A DNA stretch of 64,000 bases from Entomortierella parvispora E1425 (lineage: Eukaryota > Fungi > Mortierellomycota), in contig BQFW01000005.1 of assembly GCA_020891255.1 (NCBI GenBank), positions 930,001 to 994,000 on the forward strand. Reading direction: 5' to 3'. Below, piece by piece: positions 45,837 through 60,322 of the stretch. Both the position numbers and the translations under genes were made by a program. How positions within the stretch are numbered: the stretch's first letter is position 1; each line of letters opens with the position of its first letter. Under the pieces are notes generated by a model that had not been told where the DNA came from, searched no databases, and saw only the letters and a list, made by a program, of their open reading frames with translations.

Positions 45837-47830
45837 TTAGAAGGCAAGGGCATCGCCAGAGTTCTCCATGCTCTCCTTGACAAACATCTCCCAGTACTGG
45901 TAGATGATGGTTGTGCACAAAAGAATACCGGTGCCGGAGCCAATGGCACCGATCAAGTCGGCAAAGACAGAGACGGCACCCAAAACAGCACCACCGAAAG
46001 CGGCGGCGGTGGGGATGACACGCTTCAACTCCTTGTACATGGAGGCATCACGATGACCGGCCATGACCATGTTCTGGTCCTTGAGCTGCTTGGCAACATC
46101 GCGAGGGGAAGAGCCAGAGACCTCAATCCAGGTCTTGGACAACAAGGCGCAGGCAGTCAACATGAAGGTGACATAGACAACAGTGTGGATGGGGTCCAAG
46201 AGGGCCTCAGTGATGCTGTGAGGGGGCGAGATGTAGTAAGCAAGACCACCAGAGGCAATCATCTGGTTGGTGCCCTGGTAAGGGGTCCAGGTACCAAGGA
46301 TGCGGACGAGAATGTTCTCAGGGAAGCGGGTGTGGACCATCTGCGAGATCATGAACAAGTTGGAGGTCAAGGCCGACTGCAGCATGATGGGCATGTTGGA
46401 GGTGTAGAACAACTTGATGGGGTAGGTACCACGCTGGCCACGGAAACGGGAAGACTTGACGGGGAGCTCAACACGGAATCCCTGGAGGTAGATGACAATT
46501 CCAAAGATCAAGACAGTGGCCAACAAGTTCATGACGTTGGGCAAGTTCTGGCGGTAGAAAGCCTCCTTCAGAGCACGGGACTTGTTGGAGCGGGTAAAGA
46601 GCAAGTGGAAGAGAGCAATCAAGGCACCCTCAAACTCGGGTCCGTTGCCGACGTTGTAGGTGGTGGGGCTGAGGGCCTTCCAGAGGATGGTCTCGCAAAC
46701 GTTGGTGGCGATGAAGAGCGAGATTCCAGAGCCGAGACCGTAACCCTTCTGCAAGAGCTCATCCAGAAGAACAACAATGACACCAGCAACGACCAACTGG
46801 AGGATCAAGAGCAAGCAGATACCGGCACCCAACTCGGAAGGAGGACCGTACAATCCGTTCATGACCGAGACAGTGGCCTGACCGAAAGCAATCAAAACAG
46901 CAAACACTAGAGAGGGAAAACACAAATAAAGAGGCTAGGAGTGTCAGACGACCAGGTCTTACCGGGATCCGATCAACGGGTGCAACAAAATGAAGGCAAA
47001 CTTACACTTCTGGGCTCCGTTGAAGAGCGAGCGATCCTCCTTGAGGCTGTAGTCGACCTCAATGAGGTTGGCGCCAGCGAGGAGCTGCATGAACATGCCC
47101 GAGGTGACAATGGGGGTGATACCAAGTTCCATGAGGGTTCCACGGTTGGAGGCAAGGATAGCACGCATCCAGTACAGGGGATCAGAAGAGTCGGAGGACA
47201 TGATTCCGTACAAGGGGACCTGAGAGCAAACCAAGAAGATGAAGAGGGTGACAGCAGTCCAGAGAACCTTTTGCCTGAAAGGGATCTAGTAGTAGCAAGA
47301 ATGCCATTATTCAAGGAAGGGACCAGGAGTTAGTTTTTTGTTTCTTTTCTTCGTTGAAGGCAAGGAGTCATGTTTGGAATAGGGGGGAAAAGGGCAGAGG
47401 CGCCTGCTTACCTTGCGCTCAGGGGCAGCAATCTCGGGGAGGACGGCCATAAAGGGCCTGATCAAGTGCAGGAAACGGACTGTAGAAAATAAACAGGTAA
47501 TGATAAGGATTAGTCGGTCAGGTTCTCGTCTTTTGCTCCATGTTTCCATGATAAAGGTTATGCCAGCCAGTTGACAGGGATCGTTGTCGTCTGTGGGAAC
47601 AAACGGTTCCTGAACTGAGGAGTTCCTGTCCTAATCCAATGGCCCACATATCCTGCTTATGATCCATGATTGAAAACGCATCGACAACTGCAGTAGGTGG
47701 ATCAGTCCTCCTGGGAAAGTATGGCTGTCGCGGGTTGAGGACTACACGGGTTGCTGGCTCCAGGAGCATACCGGCTCCAAGGGCGTCAGGGCGAGGATGC
47801 GTCGATGAGAAGACACTTACAGCCAGCCAT
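45837..47830 (-). CDS. SEC61: Sec61 translocon alpha subunit (multi-exon)
   Basis: MAG|[10 protein letters not shown] (10-nt first exon), [73 protein letters not shown]. Confidence 0.97.
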
Positions 47831-48171
47831 GGTGCTAAAGAGACAGACGGTCGGCCGCGGGAAACAGGTGGGGACAGACGGTGGAGACCGACAGGGAAGA
47901 GAGGGATGGAGCGGAGGGGAGGGGAGGAAGAGTGAGGAAGGATGGGATGATGAGGAAGAAATCTAAAAGAGATGAGCGATGAACGCAAAAGAAGAAACGG
48001 ACCAAAGAAGCGCGCGAACAGATCCGACCAATCAGAGCTGGACAACTGCTGTTGTCGATATTCATCACGTGATTCATACTCACAGCTTTGGTGGCGCACA
48101 CACTCCCCATCTCCAAGGGGACAAAAGGATTGGAATGCTGTGCACAAGGGGTTTTATTACATTTTCACAAC

Positions 48172-51100
48172 TCAGATTCCTAGCCTCCTTTTACGCAAAG
48201 GCGTTCCTGGGGCTCGGAAGCCAGGTGTAGCAATCCGGAATCGTGCCTCGGCCACCGATCCACTGCCTTCTCCAGAGAGAGCTGCAGCCGCAGCCGCAGC
48301 CTCCTTCTCTTCATTCTCTCTCGTTTGCTTCAAATCCATCTCCAGTGCCATCCTGGCCTCCTCCGCCTTGGTCGCTGCCCGCTTCTCCCTGTGTGTGTAC
48401 GACTTCTCCTTGACGGAGTAGAACATGGGGCCCAGTTCGGCGAGCCAGTGTGGATCAACCGAGGTAACGCACTGCATGTACTCCTTGGACGTCATGACCA
48501 ATTCGTGATACACAATGTAATCCGGATTGTAGCCGAGACCATAAAGGGCCGAGGTCGGGTGCAAGTGACAGGGCATGCCTGTACGGCAGTTGACATACTC
48601 GCCTAGGGCCTTGATTCGTCCAGCTTGGTGGAAATAGGCCGAGCAAATACACTTGCGGATAATATCCCAGTCCGTGTTACAAGAGATGTATGGCATCTTT
48701 TCCGACTTCATCATGTCCATCAATTGAGATCGAACCTCACGCGCCTTCCTCAGGGCCTTGGGTTGCACAAAGTGCTTCAAACACCAGTCGTCCCTGTATC
48801 CGTTCGATCGCCATTGAGTATACACGTTCAGCAGCGTCAAATGGTCACTCTCAGGGACGAAGAACTTTTCTCTGGCGGCATCTGATTCCTCCAAGCGCTC
48901 CTTGGGTCGGTAAAAGACTGTTGGCACAGACAGCATTGAGACAATGGTCACAATCTCGGCCGTACAGCCCATGGTCTCCGCCACAATCAACATCTTGGCC
49001 AAGGAGGGTTCTGTAGGGAAGACAGCCATCTTCTTTCCAATAGGTGTAAGTTCGCCCGTATTATCAAGCGCACCTTGAATCCAGAGTTGGTACATCGAGT
49101 TGAGCAAGTTGTCCTGGGGCGGAGGGTCCATAAAGTCAAACTCGAGCAAGTTCTTGACGTTGAGTGACTTGAGCTGAAGGACAACCGAAGACAAGTTTGT
49201 TCGCTGAATTTCGGGGATCGGGTTCACAAACATCTCGTAGACGAACGCTTGCTCTGTGTACAGTCTCCATGACGTTCCTGGACCAGTACGACCAGCGCGT
49301 CCAGATCTCTGGTTGGCGTTGGCTTGAGAAATGGGCGTGATCTGGAGCGAGTCCATACCAATCTTGGGATTAAAGACCTTGAGCTTGACATAACCGGCAT
49401 CAACCACATAGAGAATACCGTCGATGGTCAGCGAGGTTTCTCCAATGTTGGTAGCAACAACACACTTGCGTGCATTGTTCTCGCCGGGCTCGAAAATCTT
49501 GGCCTGAAGATCGGCGGGCATCTGAGAGTAGATGGGCAAGACGGCCAGCGGTGGGGCGTTGTCGATCTGTGCCAAACGCTCAGTTAATACCTGACAGGTG
49601 ATCTCAATGTCTTCTTGACCAGTCATAAAGACTAGAATATCTCCTCCTGGTTGCCCAAGATGAATGGCCAACACTTGCTTGACGGCGCTGTCGACGTAAT
49701 CCTCGCAAGGGACCTTGCTGAACATGATATCGACAGGGAAAGTTCGTCCAGGAATTGTGAAAGTAGCCGCATTACCATAGAATGAAGAGAACTAGAGAGA
49801 CATGGTGGACAAAAGTTAGTAATCTGCATTGCTTGCGATGTCCAGTGTCGGAGGAGCTATGTTCACAATAGATATTTACCTTGTCTGCGTTCATTGTCGC
49901 CGAGGTCACGATAAGTTTCAAGTCTCGTCTGCGTGCCAGGATCTTCTTCATGAGACCCATCAAAACATCCGTGTTAAGGGAACGTTCGTGAGCTTCGTCC
50001 ATGATAATGGCGCTGTAATGGTCCAAATCACCCTCACGAATGGACTCGCGGAGCAACACACCATCGGTCATGTACTTGATCACGGTATCCTTCGACGTCA
50101 CATCCTCAAAACGAATGGCGTATCCCACCGTAGATCCCAGCTTGCATCCCATCTCCTCGGAAACACGACGGGCAACAGACATGGCGGCCACACGACGAGG
50201 CTGAGTACATCCAATCATACCAAAGGTACTGTATCCATCCTCATGCAAGAACTGAGTCAACTGAGTCGTCTTTCCAGAACCGGTTTCTCCAACCACGATA
50301 ATGACTTGGTTGTCTCTGATAACTCGCATGAGCTCTTCCCGGACGGCAAAAGCTGGCAGATATTGACGCTGCTCCTTCATGGTTTTACTCTTTGAAAACG
50401 CACTGGCAGCCTCTGAAGTCTTGAGATGAGAGGCAAACTGAGAGTCACCCTTGGCATCCATGTCCTCATCCTGATCATCCGTAGCCTTGGCCTTGGCGAT
50501 GGCCTCTGCTGCTTCAGCATTTGCTTGATCCTCTGGATTCTCCAGACCCATGACATTACCCAGAGCTGTACCTGCGACTTGGAATTTTGGTGCTGCCTTC
50601 AGTCTCTCGGCCTGTTCTCGCTTTTCTCGGACGAGAGCACTTCCCTTGCGAGAAAAGATGGCCATATCTGATGTCGGATCTTTGACAGACTGGACAGCCT
50701 CCACTTGTTTGGTAAAAACGACTCTTCCATCCAAGAATGGTGGCTTGATATCATGCACCAACAAGTGCACACGCGCCTCGGCTTCATCGTCAAAGTCGGT
50801 GTCTACCTCAGTCCGTTGGAAAACACCACTGGTCAACATTCGATTGGTTTCCCACATCTCGTTGTCCTTGTTGTACTGAGCCTGGCGTGCAGAGATCTTC
50901 TTGATTTGCTTCTTCTCAAGCTCCTCTTCCTTCTTGGCATCATGTTCTTCGTATTGGGAAAAGGGGTTGTAGGATTCGTCCATGGCTGCGCCTGTCTCCT
51001 CCATGTTGTACCATTCACGGTCCATCTGTTGTTGTTCATGCTCCCATTCTTCCTTGTCAGCCTTATCCTCAAAGTCTTCGTCGGGGAATGTTCCCATACT

Positions 51101-52704
51101 GTCGTCGTATGCTGATGATGGAACACGTGGGGTAGCCATATCCCAGTCTGAGGTCCCGCGGCTTTGGGTGGGAGGCCTGTAGTCTATTCCATCAAACATT
51201 CAAATTTTAGTTTCCATAGACCAGTCGAATTTCAAAAAAATCGCTGTTCTAGCTGTACAAATCCTTACCTCTCCGTGGCGTCAAACCTCCAAGAAGGGTC
51301 CTGTCAGTAGTGCTTCCAGTTCTGGAAGGCGTAGCATCCCATTCGCCCCTGTTGGGTCGTTGGCTTCGAGGTTCCACAAAGTCTGTCCTCCTAGGAGTGA
51401 TACTGCCTCTTGAACGGTCATCTCGCCGATCGGTACTCCGCCTATCGTCCCTGCGGTCTCTGTCGCTCGATCCATTGCGATCACGATCTCTATCGTCATC
51501 GCGTCTTCGGTCCTTCTCCCTCTCCCATACTCTGTCTCTGCTGTCTCTGCTATCTCTGCTGTCTCTGTCCCTGCTGTCCCTACTGTCCCTACTGTCTCTG
51601 CTGTCTCTGCTGTCTCTGCTGTCTCTATCTCTGGATCGATAGTCATCCCTGCCATATCGACCTCTGTCCCTAGATCGGTCGTCATCCCGATCGCGACCGT
51701 CCTGAGCCCGATCGTGCAATCCTCCTCTGTTGCGCTCACGCTGCCTACGTTCCTCAGCTCGTCTTAGAGCCTCCTGACTGACTCCTCCAGGATGAGAAGG
51801 TGTCTCCATGCGTTTAGAACGATACTGAGGCTGAACTGCCTTGAATGTGGTAGAGGACTGTGGGACCTTAAACTCGCCGTCTTTGCTTTGGGTATATGAG
51901 TCGCTTGTGGTGTCTTCGTCGTTATCCCGCCACTCGTCTTCCACCTGAAGTTTGATCTTTTTGGAGTCGGATTGCTGACCTGATCTCTCACGTTCTTCCC
52001 GTTTTTCCTTTGCTAGTTTGTCGAGGCCCAATCGTGATACGCCTACTGGGACAGCGGGTGCCTTGAAGACATGGCGCTAAAAGAGGAGTAAAAAAAACAA
52101 GAGTTATTAGCCCAGTGTCGATGATGATATGAGAACAAGCTGAACAAAAAAAAGAAAGTTATGTGGGATCCTCTTACATCGTCCGTCGCCGATTTGACAG
52201 TTTTAACAAGTCCTCCTTTCATAACAGGCGCTGGAGTCTCGTCTTCCTCATCATAGGATCGAGTGAATCCTGACATGGCGATGGCTGGTCCTTGCGCTTT
52301 CCCGTTCCCTTTTGGGTCCTGTTTCCCGCCAGAGGGGGATGAAGGTGCTCCTGGGCCGTTGACACCATGTTCGCGATCATGGTTCTGGATCTTTAGATAT
52401 ATATCAAACAGGAAGGTCTCCTTGAACTTTCCGAATGCAGCACACGCTATTAAAGAAGGTGCCAGGTCCCAGAGAAAGGAGGAAGTGCGCAAGTTAGCAT
52501 GACAAGTATGAGCTTTGTGTATATAATGACCCTCATCGTTTGAATGGGTGGCGCGGTGGAAAGGTTGGTACCTTTGACGAATGCGCCGACTTGTGAGTGG
52601 TTGCGGGCAATCTGGATGACCTGGCGAGCAAGGAGGTCGTTTGCATTGACCAGATTAAGCGCACGCGATAGCTCGATGGCGACATCGTGTTCCAGGGTGG
52701 CCAT
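48172..52704 (-). CDS. PRP16: Pre-mRNA splicing DEAH-box helicase Prp16/DHX38 (multi-exon)
   Basis: [62 protein letters not shown]. Upstream [15 protein letters not shown] and VKDPTSDMA motifs are characteristic of Prp16. Confidence 0.93.
51532..51626 (-). repeat. Coding 9-bp tandem repeat (GACAGCAGA-like) giving an (RDS)n tract in Prp16
   Basis: Translates to [29 protein letters not shown] in ORF 51249..52031. Confidence 0.85.
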
Positions 52705-53045
52705 GGTGCTTGAGTGTGTGTGTTCGCAAATGGTGGTTGTTTGTGATCACGGCGAGAGACCACTGTTCTTTTGTCAAATTGTCAAATTGTCAGGTCTCTC
52801 GCCGTGATCACAAACACCTGTTCTTTGCAGGGCTATACCGATCCCGCTTTTAGACCAACAAAATAATCGAGCAAACAAGTGGCGGTCACGGTGGCTTTGC
52901 TTTCTCCAATCCCAAGCAAGCCAGCACAAGTGACCCAGCCAGTCCAAGCAAACCAGCGATCAGTCGCATGCTCAAAAGAGTCTTCCTCCTCTTTCTTTTT
53001 GTCTCTGCTCGACGCATCTCCATCCCCCCATAGCACACGCCCATC

Positions 53046-54664
53046 ATGACGACTGTGGAAAAGATCAAGGAAATCGAGGCCGAGATGGCCCGTACCCAGA
53101 AGAACAAGGTGCGCCTGGTTTTTTACTTTTGCCACCGATCACCTCTCGATTCCACTCCCTCCCTCGGCACTTCACAATCCATCCTCATGCAACAAATGCC
53201 TTCTCTTTTCTTTTGACTCCTCGGTTCTAATCCCTGTCTCTTTCTCTCATTTTCTTTACCACATAGGCCACTTCTCAACATTTGGGTGGACTCAAGGCCA
53301 AGTTGGCCAAGTTGAGACGTGAGCTCTTGACTCCTACCTCTGCTGGTGGTGGTGGTCCAGGTTGTAAGTATCCAAGCAACAGCAAGATTCTTTGACTGCG
53401 AGCACATCGCTCGGCAAAGCCTTATATATACTTGGAGACTAAAAACCTCTCTCTCTTTCTCATAGTGGGATTCGATGTCGCCAAAACAGGAGTGGGTCGT
53501 ATTGGATTCGTTGGATTCCCTTCAGTCGGAAAGTCAACACTCATGTCCAAGCTTACAGGAACACACTCTGAAGTTGCTGCTTATGAGTTCACAACCTTGA
53601 CCACCGTGCCCGGTGTGGTCCAGTACAACGGCGCAAAGTTGCAGATTCTGGATCTTCCCGGAATTATTGAGGGTGCCAAGGACGGAAAGGGTCGTGGTAC
53701 GTTTCTCGGCTCTAGCTCAGCTCATTTGCAACGGAAACATCATGATGATGTCAAAGGATTTCGGCACCCAAGGACAAATACGCTACACTGGATGGATCGA
53801 ATTCAATCTGACTCGTCTCTGCTCCTTTTTGACTTTTGTGTCATTCAATAGGTCGTCAGGTTATTGCTGTCGCCCGTACCTGCTCGTTGATTTTCTTGGT
53901 TTTGGATGTGTTGAAGCCTTTGGGAGACAAGCGCATCATTGAGAAGGAATTGGAAGGATTCGGTATTCGTCTCAACCAGAAGCCACCAAACATTTACTTC
54001 AAGAAGAAGGAGAAGGGTGGTATCAGTATGACCAACACTGTTCCTTTGACGCATTTGGATCTGGACGAGGTCAAGGCTGTGTTGAGTGAATACAAGATCC
54101 ACAACGCCGATATTTCCTTCAAGTGCGACGCCACCGTGGACGAGTTGATTGATGTCATTGAGGGCAACCGTGTTTACATGCCTTGCTTGTACGTCTTGAA
54201 CAAGATTGATCAGATCTCGATCGAGGAGCTCGACTTGGTCTCCAAGATTCCCCATGCTGTGCCTATTTGCGCCCATCACGAGTGGAACTTTGACGAGCTG
54301 TTGGCCAAGGCCTGGGAGTACCTGGATTTGGCCCGTATTTACACCAAGCCCAAGGGTCAATTGCCCGACTACTCATCGCCTGTCGTCCTCCGTCGCGAGA
54401 CGGCCACGCTGGAAGGATTCTGTAACAACATTCACAAGGCCATTTTGCGCGAGTTCAAATAGTAAGTCGTGTGCAGCATGGATCGAGGATATGGTGTTTA
54501 GTTGTTCGTCAGGGGACGACCTTTGCTGACCTCTTTTCTCTCTCTCTCCTTTCTCCTCTAGTGCATTGGTCTGGGGATCTTCAGCAAAACATAACCCTCA
54601 GAAGGTCGGCAAGGAGCATATGCTTGCCGATGAGGATGTTGTGCAGATTATCAAGAAGGTTTAA
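53046..54664 (+). CDS. RBG1: Developmentally regulated GTP-binding protein DRG1/Rbg1 (multi-exon)
   Basis: [58 protein letters not shown]-terminal TGS domain ending [11 protein letters not shown]. Confidence 0.95.
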
Positions 54665-54830
54665 TAGGACAGACGAGCGAGCGGGAGTAGTGTAGAGCCG
54701 GCGTAGCATTTATATAGTGGTTGTTCATTCTTGACGTTGCATCGAGCAATAAGAGCGAGTTGGACAAGCACAGCCAATTTGAACAAAATTTCATTCATTC
54801 CAGACCGTTGAACGTATATATGTGGCTGTA

Positions 54831-54870
54831 GAGAGAGAGAGAGAGAGAGGGAGAGAGAGGGAGAGAGAGG
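54831..54870. repeat. (GA)n microsatellite
   Basis: Direct reading of gagagaga... downstream of RBG1. Confidence 0.85.
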
Positions 54871-55341
54871 GTAGCAAGAGGAGAGAGAATCCAATCCAGA
54901 AGAGAACAAGAAAGAGAGTGAGTGAGAAACAGAAAGACAAAAAAAGAAAGAAAGAAAGAAAAGGACATGGATCTGTCTGCAACAAAGAGTAATTTCGGTT
55001 CTGGCTGCTTAATTCTCACCCCCTGTGCGATCCCCCTTCCACTCCCCCCTGCCCAGTCAATCCCCCTCCAGTCCAATCCAATCCAGAAACAGTCGCGTCT
55101 GTCCATCATCTCATCTTCATCCTTCGCTCTATTCTCTATTCATCCGCCCTTGCCTCTCTTCTCTTCATCCTTCTTCCTCTCCCCCGCAGACTGCTTGCTA
55201 GCCAGGACCCACCGACAGACCGCGGACTACAGGACGGACTCTCTTCACTGACAGGATCATTCTCATCGTTGCTGGAGATTCCCCTTCTTTTCCTTTTGTC
55301 ATCATCCCTTCCCCTTTACCCTCCCATTTGTCGCCCTTCAA

Positions 55342-57209
55342 ATGCGCTTCTTCATCTCGCGCCATACCTTCGTGGCCATCGTCGCCTCCCTCCTCATCTC
55401 ATCTGCCGTTGTCTCGGCCGAGGGTGTCAACTGGTCCGATGAGGATGTCCCCATCGTCCCCCAGGTCTTCAAGATCACCAACTTGCTCCGAACCCTTGAC
55501 CTCTCCAAGCCGCTGATTCGGGAAATCACCTCAGCCGCCATTCAGAACATCGCTTCAGAGGATGTGACCGATTACTACTTCCCTGTCGACCAGGCCTACG
55601 AGGACCACTTGGCCTACATCTCGGCCGAGAACAGAAAGACCAAGGAGATTCTCAAGGTCATCAAGGACCCCGAGTTTTACGATGCGTAAGTTTGCTTTCA
55701 AAACGGATAAATAGAACGCGTAGACATGCATTGTCGAGGCAGACAACTGACTTTTTGAGACGATGGATCGACCTTGGCTCCCTTACAGTGAGTTCCAATA
55801 CTACAAGATCAAGTTGTCATCACCATTGGCACCTGGTGAAAAGGTCCAGCTCACTATCAAGACCTCGCTTGCCAACATTATCCGCCCATTCCCCACCCAT
55901 GTTGGTCAAGCAGAGCGCCAGCAATTTGTCTTTTTTGGAAACCCATTCGCATTGACCGCCTACCCCGCCTCTAAGCAAAAGACAACCGTCATGTAAGGAT
56001 CCAGTCCAGTGGACTACCCGGCTGCCATTTCAGTATCCGTTGATATCTCGCCATTCACCCACTAACCGTTCCTTTTGTTGCTACCTACTCAACAGTACTC
56101 CCAATGCTGTTCTGGAGGTTCACGAGCACCCTGAGGAGAGCGCCTTGGTGGTCAAGGCCAACCAGGTCATTCTTGGCCCCTACACCGATGTCAAGGCTTT
56201 GGAGCACGGCATCTTTGAGGTACAGTACGAGTTACCCGGCACCGTGAGCCATGTCCGTCACCTTCGTCGCGATGTCGAGGTCTCTCAATGGGGCAACAAC
56301 CTCGCCATCGAGGAGCACATCAACTTTGTCAACAACGGCGCCCAGTAAGTGGACTTTTTTAGGATCCTTCTATTCATTGTATTGGCGGGACGATCTTACT
56401 CAAAACTGAATGTATTTCCTATTCGCTTGTATTCTAGGTTGAAGGGACAGTTTAGCAGAATCGACTTCCAGCGCAACCCTATGGCCATTCGTAATGGCAA
56501 CGGCATCTTGGAGTTCGCGACTCAGATTCCCAAGTTGGCCAGGGACATTTACTACCGTGATGAAATTGGCAACATCTCGACCTCCGTGCTCCAGCACCAC
56601 GCTGACCACATTCAATTCAACCTTAAGCCTCGCTTCCCCCTCTTTGGTGGCTGGAACACCACTTGGTACACTGGATACAACGTCCCCTTGGATGGTTATC
56701 TTCGCAAGTTGAGCGGTGACAAGTACATTCTCAAGGTTCCCGTCTTTGCACCCATCAAGGATACCACCTATGAGGACGTTGAGATTCGTATCGTTCTTCC
56801 CGAGGGTGCCAAGTAAGTTGCCCGATTGTGTTTTTTCTACAAGGAGAAAACGGGATGACACCAAGGCTATTTCCTTTGTAGCATTTCTTTTTAACCAAGT
56901 TGCTTTTTTCTTGCTATTCTTTTCTAAAACAGGAACGTCAAGTTGGAGATGCCTTTTGAGGTGGAGCATATCGATCATTCGACCACCAAGACGTACATGG
57001 ACAGCGCTGGGCGCTACACGATCACGCTCTTGGCCAAGAACTTGATTGAGGAGCATGCTCAGGATTTGTACATTGAGTACGAATACCCCTTCTCGTCTTA
57101 CTTGACCAAGCCATTGGCTGCTGCCACGATGCTCATGGTCGTGTTTGCTTCATCTATGATCTTTTCTCGTTTGGATTTCAAGATTGGAGGATCGACCTTG
57201 AAGAAGTAA
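55342..57209 (+). CDS. OST1: Oligosaccharyltransferase subunit ribophorin I (multi-exon)
   Basis: Signal peptide; LRRDVEVSQWGNNLAIEEH; FSRIDF; IYYRDEIGNISTS; LKPRFPLFGGWNT; C-terminal transmembrane segment after KPLAAA. Confidence 0.93.
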
Positions 57210-60200
57210 GAAAGCGAACCCCTCCCCCCCCCAACAACAACAACACAAAGCAAGTATATATTACATGTACGAGGGCATCTAGAACCCCTAGAGGACAAAA
57301 CTAGGTGCCAGAAGGAGGATACCATCTAGGCTGTGATCTAAAAAGCTCATGGATCGAAAAGATGTGGACAACCAATAAACGTTCATTCAAAAGTTTACCC
57401 ACAAACCTACACTTTCCACATACTGTCATGATGTGCCATCCATTGAGATACCTCTTGTCTTTGACCTTGTAAAGTCCCGAGACACTCTGATGAGGTTGAA
57501 ACGTGCACAGCTTCAAATGAAAGCTGACGCTGTAGAGTGAAGGGGTTCAGTCTTGTGTCTTTCATGAAGGCTGCGTCCTTTGTACTTCGCAGCGCGTGTG
57601 ATACCCATTGTGATCAGAGATGTCATTTTCGTGCCCAGCTATGACCCAGGTTGGACACCCCAGAAGACATGAGATTGTGCCGAGAGAGCGTACTTTGTCA
57701 CCAAGGTTGTCTCCTCCAACCAAAAACAGAAACTCACAATCGGAGGACCTTGTCCATTGTTCGTCCTTTGGGTGAGAGTGAGTGTTTTCGATCAAAGTTA
57801 CGAGTCGCTCGCTTTCTCGTCTCTCTCTGCTTCTCTATTCTCCTTTCTCAAATAGCTCTGTATGAAAGAAGAGTGTAGGTGTGTGAGAGGAAGATCACCA
57901 CAAAGAGTGTATTCTAGGTGATTCATGATCTACAGCCCTCGCCCACTCCATCCAGCAGCAAACGCGACGCGCGCGCGTGTTGTCTGTCTGTTTTGGTGCT
58001 TGGAGAAGAAGACTAGGATAGGGTAAGCAGCTTAGTAGACACCCATGCGAATGGCAGGGGCGGAAATCTTCATTTCAACCCAAGGCTGTGTTGTCGCAGA
58101 AATTTCTGCGATGGGCAAACTGCAAAGGCGAATCTACGCCCTCCCTTCCCCCAACAGAACGCGACATTGGACCATTGTTGACGTCTAGGGGGAAAAAAAA
58201 ACTAGATTTGGCGGATGTTTGCGCCAAAGAGGAACGAATTAATAATAGTAATGCATTGAAAAAACTCTGACATGGATTAAAACGCGTGCCTTTATTTCTT
58301 TACATGTTGAACCGAGAACTCTAGAAGGGTTAAAAGATAGAATGCAAATGATGCAGGGACCACTGGAAAAAAAAGCGAGATGAAGCTTCAACATGCCATC
58401 GACCCTTGGGACCATTGGATTCATGTCCACCATTGGGCCATGTCCGTTCTTCCTTCTTGACCTTTGGGCGCAAACCCATCAAAAGATGTATGCTCTCATC
58501 CTTTTGTGTTTTCTCGGACGCAAAGGGCTCGGGCTCGGGCGCTGTGTGGTCTGGTCTGGATGGTGTCATGGTTGCATAGTCTAGCCAGGTCTCGAAAAAA
58601 AAAAAAAAAAAGGTCTCGCCATTTTCGCCCGTTGTGAGACGACGTTCATGAGAGCTTTTTCGGGCTGACCAGGAAGCGAAGCGAGAAAAGTGGGTATTTT
58701 TTTTTTTGCTCTTCATTTCTGTACCACTGACAGTTTTCTTCTGGAATCCTTCTTTTTTTTTCCGAGAGTAACTAGCGTGAATGTTCTGACCAGGTGATTG
58801 AGGACTCTTTTTGAGTACAGTACAGTACAGTGCGGTGGAAGAGGGAGGCAGAAGTGTACCGAAAGTAGAACTCCCTGGGAGTACCTTGTACACACTACAT
58901 GATGGTTACCCAGGGAAATGGCGCGATTCTCGGGGAGTTTTGTTATCAATTTTTGTTCGTCTATCCTCTGATCAAGACAGATCCCTTGCATAGAGAAAAA
59001 AATGAAGGTCTGGACACCCACTTTGGATTGAACTATCGTCATGTGCTCCGTGTGCATCTCCAGGAGGAAAGGAGTGAAAGGACGCGGTAGGTATTTGCGC
59101 GCTGGTTAAGTGCCATGCAACATCGGGGTCTTGTGAGCTAGCCCTGCTTTTTTGTTCGCATGCAGGTCGCCACTCGTCTTCTCAAGCATGTCGGATGTCG
59201 ATGCACACCCTGGAGGTCAGTTCTGCAGATTGCCCGTAGAAAATCTTGGTCAGCAGGGGTTGGCATTTGGGTACCGACAGGAGATACGTGAAGCATTCTG
59301 GGTCATTACACAGCAGCAGAATCGCGCCAGCCCTCACTCAATCTCTCTCTCACTCTTGGACGAGCCGAGAAAGGCGCAATGTGAGTGGTCAACAAGGTGC
59401 TGCATGCCCTGGTGACTTCTTGCATGGCCTTTTGCATGGATGTGAGTGGTTGTATCCACTCTTTGCATTAGAATCGTACTTGCACAAGGACTGAGATGGA
59501 CAAATGTCCCTTCTTTTCATAAGGGGAGTTATTTTAGTCATCCGTTTCTGGAATCCATTTTCTCAAGGATGGGCGGTTTAGATGCTCAAACCATGCAGGT
59601 CTTCCTCCTCCTCTCAGACCCACGCATGCTGACATTCCGGCATTAGGCATTGGGGGAGAGATAGTCAGGTACTAGCGCGTTTTTTTAAGTGTTTGTTTCT
59701 GAACGGTTCTCGTCCTCCTTCCTTGTCCCTGGGAAGAAGGCAAAGACAATAAGGAGACACAAAAAGAGAGAAATGGCGACATGGTACGACTTTGCCTTCT
59801 TGTTCACCTAAAGGAGACCACTCAATTGATCAGCGTGTAATTTATTTTTTTTATCTTGCCAAGGGGGTGAAGGGATGAAAGGTGCGGACCGTTCCATTAG
59901 CCGTTGGAACAGAAATTCATTTACCCCTTTGTCCTCTTTCAAAAGGATGACGAATATCATGTGCTGCGGGCCATGGGCCTCCCCTTTGACCCGGGAGAAG
60001 AGAGGAAGGCAAGGAGAATGTTGATAACGAGCGTGGGTAATTGAGAATGGAGCAAAGTGACGAATTTTGTTGTGGACAAGGCCCGTCCGCCCTCTTCTCA
60101 TCATCCCTCCCTCCTCCTCCTCCTCGTCCGCATCTATTTTCTCAGCACGCCCAACATACCCACAGACAAGTTCACACGGCTTGTTGACGGGAAAAACATC

Positions 60201-60298
60201 AAAGCACACCATTTCACGCAAAGTAACGAACCTTTGCGCCAAAAGGGAGGAAAAATAGAAAGCGACAATGGAATGTGCGCGCTTTGGAAGAAGTTCGC

Positions 60299-60322
60299 TT
60301 GTTGTTGTTGTTGTTGTTGTTG
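60299..60322. repeat. (TTG)8 microsatellite
   Basis: Direct reading. Confidence 0.85.
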